A DNA stretch of 64,000 bases, taken from assembly GCA_001662655.1 (NCBI GenBank), contig KV460236.1; one strand, 5' to 3'. This document shows, one piece after another, positions 1-11,874 of the stretch (position 1 is the stretch's first letter; each line of letters begins with the position of its first letter). A program made the position numbers and the translations under genes. This DNA is from Pseudogymnoascus verrucosus. Its lineage: Eukaryota. A model generated the notes under the pieces. That model ran no database searches, was not told the DNA's origin, and saw only the letters and a list, made by a program, of their open reading frames with translations.

Positions 1-94
1 TCGTAGGATGCCTCCTCAACCCACGCTGCCTCGCGGGGTTCAACAAAGCTCTAGACAGCGGCGCCGCCGAAATCGAGGGTATCCTGACAGGCAT
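1..94 (-). CDS. 5' end of a gene running off the left edge (mitochondrial presequence-like N-terminus)
   Basis: ATG at 94 opens MPVRIPSISAAPLSRALLNPARQRGLRRHPT to the window edge; R/S/L-rich with no acidic residues; divergent from ATP10. Confidence 0.45.
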   Translation of the reverse strand, partial: MPVRIPSISAAPLSRALLNPARQRGLRRHPT

Positions 95-400
95 ATTTAC
101 TCAAGAAGACGATAGTAATCCCAATAAAAAAAACTATGCAGAAGCCCTCATTGTGCGGCATACGCTCTTTAAACCAGCAGTCCCCGCGTTCGACCTCAAC
201 AACCCGCCCGGCCGATTCTAGCCGTCGTCTTAGACCGAGCCGCTGGTGACGTCCCACCTTCCAATCGACGGCGTATCGGTGGGGACGTGCGCGGCGCGGC
301 GGCCGGTGGTGGTGTTTCTCCGGTCGCCGAGATTTTTGTTCCTGTAGCCTCTACAACGAGGCTGAACCTCACTTTCTGTAAAGCTACTACGTACTTCAAG

Positions 401-1537
401 ATGAATGTCACCAAAGCGCCATTGGCGCGCGCCCTCCTCCATCCCGAGCGCTTCACATCCATAGCCTATCCCATTCGCTCCCAACCTCTCAGCACAACAC
501 TCCGCCGCTATGCCGACAAACCCACCCCCCCGACATCAGCACCGGCACCGGCACCAACCCCCGAAGAGCCAAAGCCGGTATCAGCAGCCGACCTTCCCTC
601 GCCTCTCGCCGATGCGCCGCGAGCAACAGGAAAGGCGGTAGAACAATTCACACCAAAGCCGCTGCCGCGACCGATTGGGCTTCCGAGGCCGCCGCGTATG
701 GGCGAGAATGCCGGGGTTGATACAAGGTCGTGGAAGCAGAGGCGTGATGACTTTGTGGATTATGATAAACATATTGTTAAGAGGAAGATTCTGTATGTTG
801 TCCCCCCATATTCCTCCCATTGGAACTACGCTCTCCCATTTGTTCCCAGATGACTGTCCTCCAACTATCACATGAAAGTAGCTAACATCCAACGCAGTAC
901 GCAGAAGATGGCCACACCCTACTTCCGCGAATGGTCCAACATGCGTCACCACAAAGGAAAAACCTTCGTCGCACCCCCTCGCCTCTTCAGAGCAGACCGC
1001 GCCCTCTACTTCCCCAACCTACAGGGCCAGACCCTCCTCAAAGACGCTGAGGTGCTAGACACTACACCCGTGCTGAGCGACAGAATCTCCGTCGTCTCCG
1101 TCTTCTCCAGCGCCTGGGCCGAGCACCAAGCTACATCCTTCGTAGGCAAGAAGGAGAACGCGGAACTGCATGAGGTAGTGGCTGCGAGTGGAGGACGGGC
1201 GCAGATGGTGCAGATTAACGTTGAGGAGAACCCGCTCAAATCAGCGTTGATTAAGCTGTTCAAGCCGAGTTTGCGGGCGAAGCTGGGGCGGGACGCGTGG
1301 GGGAAGTATTTTGTGGTCACAAAGGGGTTGACGGGGGAGATGAGGGATGCGATGGGGTTGCTGAATAGTAAGGTTGGATATACGTATCTGCTTGATGGGG
1401 CGTGTAGGATTCGGTGGGCGGGGAGTGGAATTGCGGAGGGGGATGAGAGGGAGGGGTTGGTTAGGGGGGTGAAGAAGTTGATTGAGGAGGCGAAGGGGAA
1501 GAAGAGTTCACCTGGGGGGACGAAAAGTTCGATCTGA
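401..1537 (+). CDS. ATP10: Mitochondrial ATPase assembly factor Atp10
   Basis: Exons 401-792 and 898-1537 (GTATGT..GCTAAC..CAG); motifs LYFPNL, NSKVGYTYLLD, RIRWAGSG. Confidence 0.92.
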
Positions 1538-1916
1538 GGATTTGATTGAAGGTGGAAAGCCAGTGGCTGCCGCTGTTGTATGATATTGTCAAATAATACC
1601 CTCGTGTACAATTACAAACCCGCTTCTAACTCCTGCTCCACAAAGATACATAAGCGCTTGCGTGTCCCGGCCTTTAAGCAGCACGGTATAACGACAGTAA
1701 TTAACAAAGTTCCGCTTCCCATGTCTATCTGACACAGCCATCCGTCTTGTGACCCATCACATACACTGCCTCCGCCAATGTCTATCTCCGACCTCGCCAC
1801 CATGTACAACCTAGCCTCACCTCTCAGCCCACTTGAGTAGGGTATACCAGTTCATGCCTTCAAACCGTTGACAGCCGCCAGCAACTGACTCCCCATCCCA
1901 TCCCAAATTCGCTGGC

Positions 1917-2699
1917 TCACAGGAAGTACAAAAACAACAAGCACACCACTCCAATAAACGTCCCCAAAATCATCATATCCCTCCGCTTCTTCGCACTAAT
2001 TCGATTAATCAAGCTATTCAGCCCCGGCACCTGCGCCGCCGCTCCCTGAATCCTGCGCTGAATCCCCGCCAACGTCTCGCGCTGCAACCCAAACTGCTCA
2101 TTAACAGCATACGCCTGGCTCAAAACGCTATCCGCCATATTATGCGAGTTCTCGATGCGGTTGCGCTCGCCGAGCATGTAGTCCGCCTCCGCGGAAGGAG
2201 AGGAGGCATGGTAAGCGTCGATGTCTGAGCGGACGTTTGTGAGGAGGTTGGCGCGCTGGCGGGCGGACTGGAGCGTGGATTTTAGGGAGTTGAATTCGCG
2301 GCGGTCGTTCTGGAGGACTTCGCGGTGGCGGGAGAGGTTGTTTTGCTTGAGGGCTGAGGCGGTGAGGGTGCTTTCGGAATCGAGGAGGCGGGTGAGTTGG
2401 TTTATGAGGGTTTCGCGCTGGAGGGGGACGGGTTAGAAAAGGGATGGCTCGGGGAGGGGCGGGGGACGAACCTTTTCGAAGAGCTCGTTGATTTTGGATT
2501 CGGTTTGCTTTTGTTCTTCGGTTGGTGAGGGAGGAATGTTGCTGATTTGTGCAAATTGTGAGTAGGTGTGGAAGAGAGATTCGGTCTAGGGGTCCGGTTA
2601 GTTTGGTCAACCTTGGGGAGTAGGAGGATTTACTTGGGTCTCTAGTGTTCTTGCTTGTTGGCGTAGTTGCGCCCAGCCCGTCCCTGTTGAGGAAGACAT
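1917..2699 (-). CDS. GOS1: Golgi SNARE Gos1
   Basis: Introns 2586-2633 and 2418-2471; WAQLRQQARTLE N-terminus, SNARE helix, KKRRD followed by a C-terminal TM anchor. Confidence 0.92.
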
Positions 2700-2842
2700 G
2701 ATAGGTACTTGATATTGTTGTAAAAGTGAAGTTGAAGAGCGGATCTTTCCTATGCCATCATTGTCTCAGTGGTTGACATCCTGGCCAACTCGGCCGGCCT
2801 TGCCTTGCGCGCGGCCCTGACATGGGATGCCAAGATATTGAC

Positions 2843-2952
2843 ATCACATGACTTATTTTCAGCCTTGCGCTAACTGAGTTGTCCCTGCTCTGTCCCCAGC
2901 TTCCACGCTAAGCCAATCACACGCTTAGGGCATAAAATACGAAAACCCTACT
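2843..2952. promoter_or_regulatory. Candidate Cbf1 site plus inverted Tbf1/Homol-E-like pair upstream of RPL35
   Basis: ATCACATG at 2843-2850 (RTCACRTG); TTAGGGC at 2925-2931 and ACCCTA at 2945-2950 in inverted orientation. Confidence 0.45.
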
Positions 2953-3055
2953 ACGAAAAACAACCCAGCGATCCGCGCCCAGAACGAAGACGACGACGAC
3001 GCCCATACCGACCACCACTCCATCTCAATCACGACAACCTCGACAATCACTCACA

Positions 3056-3671
3056 ATGGTACGGAACCTCTCACACACTCGATTCTCGATGCGACGCGCG
3101 CGCTCAAGAAACGATTTACAACTGGATTGAAGGGGACAAAAAGCTAACGTCGCGATAGTCGTCCGGAAAAGTTAAGACTGGTGCCCTCTGGACCAAGAAC
3201 AAGGAGGACCTCCAGAAGCAGCTCGGCGAGTTGAAGACTGAGCTCGGTCAACTCCGCACCCAGAAGATCGCTGGTGGATCCGCATCCAAGCTCACCAAGA
3301 TGTGCGTCTTCAAATCCCCCGTCTCAATGCCCCCGAGTCTATAAGCCCATCAACCCCCCTTTGTCTCCAACGAGACTTCCGATGGCAAGGCTCGGTGCTT
3401 GTAAGTGGCACGGCATCACTGACATTTCTCGCTCTACAGCCACGACATCCGCAAGTCGATCGCCAAGGTCCTCACCGTCATCAACGCCAACCAGCGCTCC
3501 CAGCTTCGCCTGTTCTACAAGAACAAGAAGTACCTTCCCCTCGACCTCCGCCCCAAGCAGACCCGTGCCATCCGTCGCCGCCTGTCCAAGGAGGATTCCG
3601 CCCGTGTCCTCGAGAAGACCACCAAGCGCAACACCCACTTCCCCCAGCGCAAGTACGCCGTCAAGGCTTAA
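3056..3671 (+). CDS. RPL35: 60S ribosomal protein L35 (uL29)
   Basis: ATG-only exon 3056-3058, introns 3059-3158 and 3302-3439; [45 protein letters not shown]. Confidence 0.96.
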
Positions 3672-4221
3672 ATGGCCGGGCAATGAGATGTGGAGTGTTT
3701 GGGTTGGAAAATTGGGAATGGGGGAGTCATTGATAGGTGTATATCCAGATGAATTAGCATATTGCTTGCTTTCCCGAATACCATGACTTGAAGCATTTCA
3801 CCCTCAGGAGAGTGACGAAATCGTGCCTTTTTTCGTGATATGTGAACCTCTGTCCCTACGTTTTTGAACATGTTATTAATCGCAGAAAACCCTCGAACGT
3901 AGCTGCAAAAAAAACTACTATTGACCTGCACAAGACCATCCGCAGCTGGTACTGTAGTTCACAACAGTTCACTGGGTTGAGTATAACCCTGCTCATTCGG
4001 CGAACTTGTAACATATCATTTACACTGTCTACGACGATTTCCCTATATTGAAACCCAGACATCATCGCCTCAGTGTTATTTTTTACAAGAACCTGGTATA
4101 TTCCTCCTAGTTTCTCCCTCTCTAGCTCCTTCCTCCCTTTCGCTCCATCTGTACCTTAACTCCCATTTGAACGCCATTCGTATCATACACAGAACCCGCT
4201 CGCAGCTGCCCTACAACTCCC

Positions 4222-7200
4222 TTAATCCTCATCCATATCCACATCCCTTTCCTCTCCTCCAACAAAGCTAAACCTCCCTCTGAGGATCCCTTCAACCCGA
4301 TCCATCTCATCCTGCAACCCGCGCCTGGCATCCTCCAGCGTAATCACTCTTCGCTTCTCGACAACACCATTCTTCCTTCCCACCGGCTCTGCCAGAATCC
4401 ACGCCTGCCCTGGTTCCACGCAGCTCAACGCATTGATAAGTTGCAGATACTGTCTCGTGACCGGGGTGTCCAGCTCGTCATTCCCTGCACCGGTGCTCTT
4501 CTTTCCACTCCACAGCGCGAGATCCTTGCCATGCCCACCATTGGCAAGCTGCTGCAGCTTCTGGAGTTGCTGGTATGCCACCGCTGCCGCGCCACGGAAG
4601 TCGCCCCTGCGTATCCTCCATGCGTAAAGAATTTTATGCCATGGCACACCGATGTTGACGTCAACGATACTCGCGCACTTTTGACTTAATGCCTCGTCGA
4701 CCAAGGCATGCATTCCCAAGAATGGCAGCTCGATGAGCTCAGCTGCAGCAGAGTTCTCGCAGAGGGAGTAAACTAGGCTGCGAAGATTGGATTTCTGGAT
4801 TGCAGCGTCGGGCATTAAGTGTAGAGTTGAGTGCGCGAGCTCGTAGCGGGCTGTGTGGAGGGCGGACGAGAAGAGGCGGGAAAGGAGGTCTGCGCGGAGT
4901 GCGGTGTCCTTTTTCGACTGTGCAGGAGATACCTTGGAGTGAGTGGGAAGGAACTGGAGAGCAAGGCGCGCGAAGTCGATGACGTATGAATGCGATTTGG
5001 AAGAGTCGAAGAGGGAGGCAATGTGTGCATAGTATGATGGGAGGCCACCACAGAGAGAGTTCCAGTCAGTTTCATTAAGTAACCCAGACGAGTGGCGATC
5101 GGTCGCCTGTAATTCGGAATGCGCTGCCATTACGTTAGAGATTGAGATATGAGACGATGGTAGAAACTTACCAAGACCAAATGCAGCTTTCTTGAAGTAA
5201 GTTGCTGCTACGGACAGATCCTTGACTGCGAGAGCGCTGCGGCCCTGCATATACACCGAGAAAGGATCTTGGGAGCAGAATCGGGAAAACGAGACTGCTA
5301 GATCCGCGTGTTCGGTTTTCAGAAGAAACGCTTGAATAAGCGCGGGTTGCAGCTCAATCTCACTGTTTGGATCGCAGACACGGCCGAGCAGTTTGGTCAG
5401 TGCAGTTAAATTGGACACGTCGGAATCCTTGGCGAGTCCTAGTAGGTGGTTAACAGTGCCTTCAAACACAGTTACTATTTTGAACTCCTCGGGCTTCTGA
5501 GCGTCGCTTATACTGGCGATTGACTCTGATCTCTCGGTCTTCAGAGGTGAAATGGAGATTTGCGTCTTCAGCAGCCATTCTAATATTTCAAGATGCTTCA
5601 GCACGGCGATAAGCTGTCGATGAACAGCGGCCGTATCAAGCTGCATTCCTTCTTCCTGTTGGTCGATCTCGCCCTCAATGAAGGCTAAAAGGACCAGTTG
5701 ATCAAAACAGACCGACTGATGAAGCTCGACTATCTCTTGGACACCTTTAACCGCAACCTTTCTGCCAAGGGAAGCCAACGGATACCGCTCAAGATGTGCT
5801 GCCATATCTTCTGTGCCGGCCATTGCTCTGAACAAATCTTCATAGCTCCCAAGCGTAATATTTTTGAAACTGCCACCAAAGTATGCTAGCAGCTGCTCGA
5901 AATCATCGTCACCGATCTGGCCAGCGAAATTGCATCTGTCGTAGAATGATTGGAGATGTTCGGAATCTGTTTGCGAGGGATCTTGGAAGAGTTGCACCGC
6001 AAGCTGTGCCTTGCAGGAGTGCTGTAACATGTCGTTGAAGTTCTCGCGAAACGTTGCCGCAGCTGAAATAAGGTTGCTGAGCCCCTCAGACTTCCCACCA
6101 AAAGCATTATCTGGGTTAAAATAGAGTTCCTCGATGGGGCTACACTCCCGGATTACTGATAAACCGTTCGCTGTAGCAACAACGTGCAATTGGTTATCTG
6201 CATCAAAACTCAGAGCCAAAGCCTCTCCGCGCTGCTTGTCTAGCTCAACAATAAGTCGGTAGAATCGCCGCCATTGAGCATCTATCGCTGTTTTGAAGTG
6301 CTCATAATCTATTTGCCCAGTCGACGAACTGCTTAATGGTATAGAAGATCCGATTATAGCACAAATTCTCTCGGATAGATTTTTGTTGCCACGCGCCGAT
6401 ATCTTCTGCGGGCGTCCAAGACTCCTTTCATAAATAGAAAGTGCTGTCTCCACGGTCGCTATTGTGTATTTGCCGGGATACAGTATATAATTGAGCCACT
6501 TCTCTGTAGCATCTTCTGGATCCGATGGAAGAATAACAGGTAGAGGCGCCTGTGACACCGTATCTGTTGCCACAGCAGACCAGCCATTTTTCCAATAGCT
6601 ACTGGTGTTATTGGCTGACAGAAGCGTGATGTCAACGGTCTGGACCCGGTATGTAATATTGTTCTTCCATAGCACCCACAATGATAGCTTGCCACGCTCA
6701 TCGTTATGTACGGTAGCAGAGAAATCGGCCACGGTCCAAACATCCGTCATGGGATCCCCAGCCATCGGATGCGATGGCTTCAAAACAATCTCCGGAAACA
6801 TGTCAATTAACTCCGCAGTGCCGTCTCCATTCAAAGTCATTGTCCAAAATTTGAATTCCCCAGCACCAATAGGAGAAAAAGTGACAATAGTGGTTCTCTC
6901 GTCGTCTTGGAATACTCTGATGAGCTGGGCTTGGGACGGATGTAATACCCATTTGCCCAGGTCGTTTGGCTCCCTCTCTGCGCCTAAGAGGTCCCCTGTA
7001 AACGCGATCTTGCCTGAATCCAGATTCCATACTCGGATTCGATGGTCCAAAGACACGGTAAAAGCGTAATTATCACCATCGATATCTGCTTTTGGTACAG
7101 CAATCGCAGTAACCGCTGAGAGTTCGATGTTAATCTTCCCGTGCTTGATGGTATTGCCCCCTTGAAAGGGGATCAAGCTTCTCAGCCCATGCGCCCAGCC

Positions 7201-7884
7201 ACCTTCATTATAAAACGTCTCCTTCCATGATGAAGCATCTTCGCCAGGTAGTCGGTTTAACCTTAATAGGCCTCCATCGTGGAGAGATATGAGAACTTCT
7301 CCTGGGTTTCGTGCAACGAGGCGGTGGGGGTGCTTAAAGCTGAACGCTGTCGACAGGTAGATCTTGCACCAGTCATCTACATTGTTTTCCGTGCTTGCGC
7401 GTCGTCTGAAGGAGTCGGGTCTCAGCGTGAGTGTATACAAGTGATTCGATTCTGTCAGAGCCAACACGCTCAATGTATCGTGCTCTTCGTGGTCGGCAAA
7501 TGCAATGCAGCCAGGTCGAATTGGGCTCGAAAAGTATAGTCGGAGTGTGAGAGGGTTCTCGGGGCCGTTCTCTCGTTTGCATACATCCACAGCGGTTATG
7601 GACAATGCTTTCCCATCTTCCAAGACGCGCCAGTGGAAACTTCGAGGTGAGGTATGGTACAGGCGGTGGTATATCGAGGAGGCTGACGCTAGATGCTTCG
7701 ATTTAAATGCATTTTCATCCTCAGTGAGTGCGATTTCAGTCGCCAGAGGCCTCTTTTGCGTCCGCGCTAATCTGGTAGAGGCGCCTGGTACAGGAAGGCG
7801 TAGGATAACTGTAGAATTGGAAAGTGGTGAGTCGAGATTTATACGCGTCTCCTTGAAGAGATACGGTGGTGCTTGGGCTTGCAT
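4222..7884 (-). CDS. NUP120: Nucleoporin Nup120/Nup160
   Basis: ~1200 aa; beta-propeller-like N-half (TVSLDHRIRVWNL) and helical C-half (ILYAWRIRRGDFRGAA); probable 48-nt in-frame intron 5124-5171. Confidence 0.85.
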   Translation of the reverse strand: MQAQAPPYLFKETRINLDSPLSNSTVILRLPVPGASTRLARTQKRPLATEIALTEDENAFKSKHLASASSIYHRLYHTSPRSFHWRVLEDGKALSITAVDVCKRENGPENPLTLRLYFSSPIRPGCIAFADHEEHDTLSVLALTESNHLYTLTLRPDSFRRRASTENNVDDWCKIYLSTAFSFKHPHRLVARNPGEVLISLHDGGLLRLNRLPGEDASSWKETFYNEGGWAHGLRSLIPFQGGNTIKHGKINIELSAVTAIAVPKADIDGDNYAFTVSLDHRIRVWNLDSGKIAFTGDLLGAEREPNDLGKWVLHPSQAQLIRVFQDDERTTIVTFSPIGAGEFKFWTMTLNGDGTAELIDMFPEIVLKPSHPMAGDPMTDVWTVADFSATVHNDERGKLSLWVLWKNNITYRVQTVDITLLSANNTSSYWKNGWSAVATDTVSQAPLPVILPSDPEDATEKWLNYILYPGKYTIATVETALSIYERSLGRPQKISARGNKNLSERICAIIGSSIPLSSSSTGQIDYEHFKTAIDAQWRRFYRLIVELDKQRGEALALSFDADNQLHVVATANGLSVIRECSPIEELYFNPDNAFGGKSEGLSNLISAAATFRENFNDMLQHSCKAQLAVQLFQDPSQTDSEHLQSFYDRCNFAGQIGDDDFEQLLAYFGGSFKNITLGSYEDLFRAMAGTEDMAAHLERYPLASLGRKVAVKGVQEIVELHQSVCFDQLVLLAFIEGEIDQQEEGMQLDTAAVHRQLIAVLKHLEILEWLLKTQISISPLKTERSESIASISDAQKPEEFKIVTVFEGTVNHLLGLAKDSDVSNLTALTKLLGRVCDPNSEIELQPALIQAFLLKTEHADLAVSFSRFCSQDPFSVYMQGRSALAVKDLSVAATYFKKAAFGLGKFLPSSHISISNVMAAHSELQATDRHSSGLLNETDWNSLCGGLPSYYAHIASLFDSSKSHSYVIDFARLALQFLPTHSKVSPAQSKKDTALRADLLSRLFSSALHTARYELAHSTLHLMPDAAIQKSNLRSLVYSLCENSAAAELIELPFLGMHALVDEALSQKCASIVDVNIGVPWHKILYAWRIRRGDFRGAAAVAYQQLQKLQQLANGGHGKDLALWSGKKSTGAGNDELDTPVTRQYLQLINALSCVEPGQAWILAEPVGRKNGVVEKRRVITLEDARRGLQDEMDRVEGILRGRFSFVGGEERDVDMDED

Positions 7885-8307
7885 CTTTCCTCCATCAAGA
7901 AGCAATCATAGAACTCATGAAGAAGGAGCTAGGAGCTGGGCGCAGGCGCTGATATTCCGTATGGCTTCACGTCAACTTTGTTTGGTAGCAGCTTTTGAAG
8001 ATACGCGCTAGTCCCAAAATAGAGTTTAGCTCATCACTCCAGTTCCACTTCACATTTCCACATCACCATGGATAGCACTACGCCTTCAAATAATATGATA
8101 TAGCTACAAATGCAAATAGGCAGTTTATTGTTCCCAAGTTCATAATGCTAGGCCAATTAAATGTACAATTCGCGGCATGCTAAAGCACACAATATCTATA
8201 ACGCCAAGCTCTTTCTCTAACAAAGTTTCTCATAGCCTCGTAACTCAACAATGCACATTCTCCATACCCATACGATTGTGAACCCATTCCTCGTGTCCCC
8301 TAAAGAT

Positions 8308-9471
8308 CTAGTCTTTTTCGAGATCCTTTGGACTTGGGTCACCAATGCCATCCTCGTTGATGGCGAACAGGCAGTCGCTCTCCGGAAGACAAGGGCTGTC
8401 GTAAATCTTGCATATTCTCGTCTCTCCCCTTCCCTTTTTCAGACTGAGCCGGGTTGTACTCGCGTGAGCAATAACATGTCCACCTATTGGCTTCTTAGGA
8501 TCTGGGTTAAACATCGCACTGGGTCCTCCATCAACTTGGGCCACGACCTGGTTGGTAATGACAACTGCAATGCCGAACTCGTCTGCAAGACGCTGTAAGG
8601 CTCTCATAAACTTCCCCAGATGGGTTTGCCTTGATGCCAATTCCCCTCTTCCAACAAAATCCGTGCGATATAGAGATGTGGCGCTGTCAACAATGAGTAG
8701 TGAAAAGCGGGTTTCGCACATCATCTGCGAGGCCAGTTGTAGAAGCTGGAGCTGATGATCGGAATTGTAAGCACGCGCATACGCTACATTATCGAGGACT
8801 TCTTCTCCTGATAGTCCATATCGATTTGCCACAGCCAATAGACGAACTGGTCTGAATGTTCCTTCTGTGTCGATGTACAAACATTTCCCCTCGCCGCCAC
8901 CCATATCAAAAGGAAGTTGGCAAGTAACCGCCAATGTATGGCAGATCTGACTCTTTCCAGTCCTGAATTCGCCGAATATTTCTGTGACAGAACCTGTTTC
9001 GATACCACCAGCTAATAAGGTGTCGAGCTGCTTGGAGCCAGTGGTGATAGAAATCAGTTCGCTGCGGCGTTGGTGCATCTCTGTTGCTGTGGTGAAGCCC
9101 ATGGGGACAAGCTTGGAAGCTATTTCTGAATTAGTACTCGAACAATTACTTCCTGTATACGGTACTGACCTTCTGTTAATATCTTCGTTGCCTTTTGCTC
9201 CGAGATTCCCTTGATCTGTTCCAGGACTCTGCGGGGAGTGTAGGCAACAGCCTCGACGGTATTAAAGCCGCCATCAACAACAAGTTGAATATCGCGCTTT
9301 GTAAGTCCAGCAACGCCCTGATGGTTTCAATTTTAGTGCTCGTCCCGATGTGTTCTATGCTGCAGGTAGGAATAATCATACCTCGAGTGACCACAAAGGC
9401 GTAGGGGCACCAGGACCTCCAACTCCGCCCTCATCAATGCCTTGTGATCCCTCCATATCCTCGGCCACCAT
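8308..9471 (-). CDS. RAD51: Recombinase Rad51
   Basis: Introns 9318-9381 and 9120-9169; Walker [34 protein letters not shown]. Confidence 0.97.
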
Positions 9472-9582
9472 TGTTATTGTTACCGTAAGCCAAGCACGAC
9501 AAACTTTCTTACGTGATTAGACCAGTTTGGCCAGCTCTTCCGAATCGATAAATTCGTGTTAGTTGTTGTTTCTGTTGGGTGG

Positions 9583-9622
9583 ACGCGTCCCTTGTCGGCT
9601 CGCGTTTGTAATCAGTACGCGG
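9583..9622. promoter_or_regulatory. Cluster of MCB-like (ACGCG) elements upstream of RAD51
   Basis: ACGCGT 9583-9588, TCGCGT 9600-9605, ACGCGG 9617-9622, about 110-150 bp upstream of the ATG. Confidence 0.5.
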
Positions 9623-10210
9623 TGTCACATGACATATTTGGCCCCTCCCCCTCCTGGAACGTACTTGCTGCTCTACGCCCAGCCCAAACCTGGTCATAAG
9701 GAAGCGATGGCAAGATATTCCTTGTGTGACAGCCCAAAGACCCGATGAAGGGGCTGTGCACAACTCACTATGAGCTTAATAATAGCCAGGAGAATTTATT
9801 GCCATTTACAAGTGTTATAACCACTATAAAAATAAGGGTCTAAACAATTAAAACTATAATTACCGTATTATAGCCTTTGCTAAGAGAATTACTTGGAGAT
9901 CAAGCAACGAGAGGAATCCCATCAGGTTCGATTTTCGTATCAGTTCAAATGTATTTCCCCGGACTTTGGAGCCACACGGATTCCAATAGCCTAAATAACA
10001 CAGAATCGAACCAACCAACGTCCAGGAACAGGTCGCGGTCCGAGGTCAAACCCGCCATTTCCGCAGCTAACGACGTCAGAAGGGAGGCCGCCCTGGCGCT
10101 TGGACAACCATAACCAACTTCCTGTTTCCCATAGGCGCAACACAACTCTCCAAATTCTTCGACGACTCAATAATTGTTAATTGTATACATACAACTATAC
10201 TGTTATCAAT

Positions 10211-11137
10211 ATGCCTATTCGGAATCCATTTGCAAAGCGTACTGGCCTCGAGGGTCTGCCGGACGAAAATGCGAGGCCCGAGTCTCCCGGCGGCCACGGC
10301 TTGGCAGTTGACAATGCGGATATAAAGGCGTCTAAAACGTCCTCCGCATTGAGTATAAATAGCAAGAAGGTTGAACAGCCTCCGGAATATAAAATGAGCG
10401 GTAAATTATACCCTAGACTATGATATTTGAGTAGTAGTTTCCCTCCAGAACCTTGCTCATATCCAAACAGTCGTCAATGATAGCGGGGTATATTTACCAG
10501 TAAGCAAATATCAAAACCTAGATGTGTAGAGCAACTCTGACTATTATGGTAGCCATCACCACCCGAAAAGAAAAGCTTCTGGCCTCGTCGCTCCAACCCA
10601 TCGAATGCATCCTCCAGTACAACCCGAAGTTTCGCGGAAATTGAGCCATTCTCCATCTCCAGGGAATCCTTTGATTCGTACAGACGCTCATTTGTCAGTC
10701 TCGACAGTCCATTAAATCCAGAAAACATAGACTAATGCCTTTAACAGGATATTTCTGCTAGGTCTCCGGTTATGGAGAGTTCATCATCTGTGAATGGGCG
10801 CCAATCTCTCGATGCGCGTCTACCCCGCTTACCCCGCTCATCACTTCACGAAGGGCGCTTTCAAGGGGGCCCACCGACAGAAGAAGAAGAAGGCGAAGGA
10901 TTCGAAGACGTGGGCCTGAATGACAACCCGATCAAAGACAAACTTGCGCCGAAGAAAAAGGGTTTCTTTTCGAGACTGGGCGACCAGGGGTCCGATGAGC
11001 CCGCCTTAGCAACACCTTTGACGTCCAGATTCCACTTCACAAATAGGAAGAGGGGCCTTAGTGGGCAGGGTGCAGAGCTAGGCAACATGGAAAGGCCAGT
11101 GACAGCTAATTCTCAGCAAGGGACTGAAGTGCGGTAG
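10211..11137 (+). CDS. Hypothetical fungal protein, disordered and Ser/Arg-rich
   Basis: Four exons join in frame: 10211-10400, 10471-10499, 10553-10693, 10748-11137; motifs VVNDSGVYLPPSP, EPFSISRESFDSYRRSFDISARSP, FEDVGL. Confidence 0.8.
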
Positions 11138-11399
11138 ATACCCGTGTGAGAAGTTGCCCGGGCGGGCGTTGTACTTTATATTGACACGTGAGGGAGCTGG
11201 TCGGCGTTTGGCAACGTTTGGGTATTGATTTTTGTCGATAGAGCACACATATTATGGTGACTGAATGGAAATACACGTCACAGGGGACGATGTGATGGTT
11301 GCCTGTTCCGATAGAGACATCCCTCGTTAGGCATAATATGAGACCACAAACTATGAGATTTATTTTCCCGTCCAGTAATAAACACAAATAGTAATTCAT

Positions 11400-11693
11400 A
11401 GTTTAAACAAGCATATGTCAAAAGGCTTAAATAATTTATCCATGTTTACGTAGTATCTGCCAAATTTATCGGAGTGATACTTCATCGTGTTATTTATTTC
11501 AATAATAAATCCATAAAACAGTGTCAAAACCACTCATACCAAGTGACTTAACCAATTTATCCCATATTTACGAATTCTGGTTTACTGTGATACTATATTT
11601 CAATAATTAATGCATCAAATACAGTCAAATAGGCTTATTCCAAATGACTCAACTACACTACGTATTTACGTATACTGGTTTACTATTCATACT
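11400..11693. repeat. Degenerate AT-rich ~100-bp tandem repeat (2 copies plus a decayed third)
   Basis: TATTTCAATAA at 11495 and 11596; CTGGTTTACT at 11577 and 11675; TTTACG at 11445, 11567, 11666. Confidence 0.65.
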
Positions 11694-11874
11694 CTACAAT
11701 ACTTTTGGGTGTTGAATCTGTTCCAAAAGCGGTAAGCGCTTGCCGTCATCGACAGACCAAGCCCCGCCTCGAAAAATAATTCTGCCGCCCCGCGAAGTTC
11801 TTCGTGGCCAGGAATAAACTATTTCAGTCAACAGACATCGCCCTTTCATTTCAAAAATCTCATACATTGCAACA

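Noticed and set aside
1006..1611. Long antisense ORFs (here and at 13417-14135, 29051-29684, 35441-36355, 37816-38364, 63205-63810)
   Set aside because: Shadows of well-supported genes on the opposite strand
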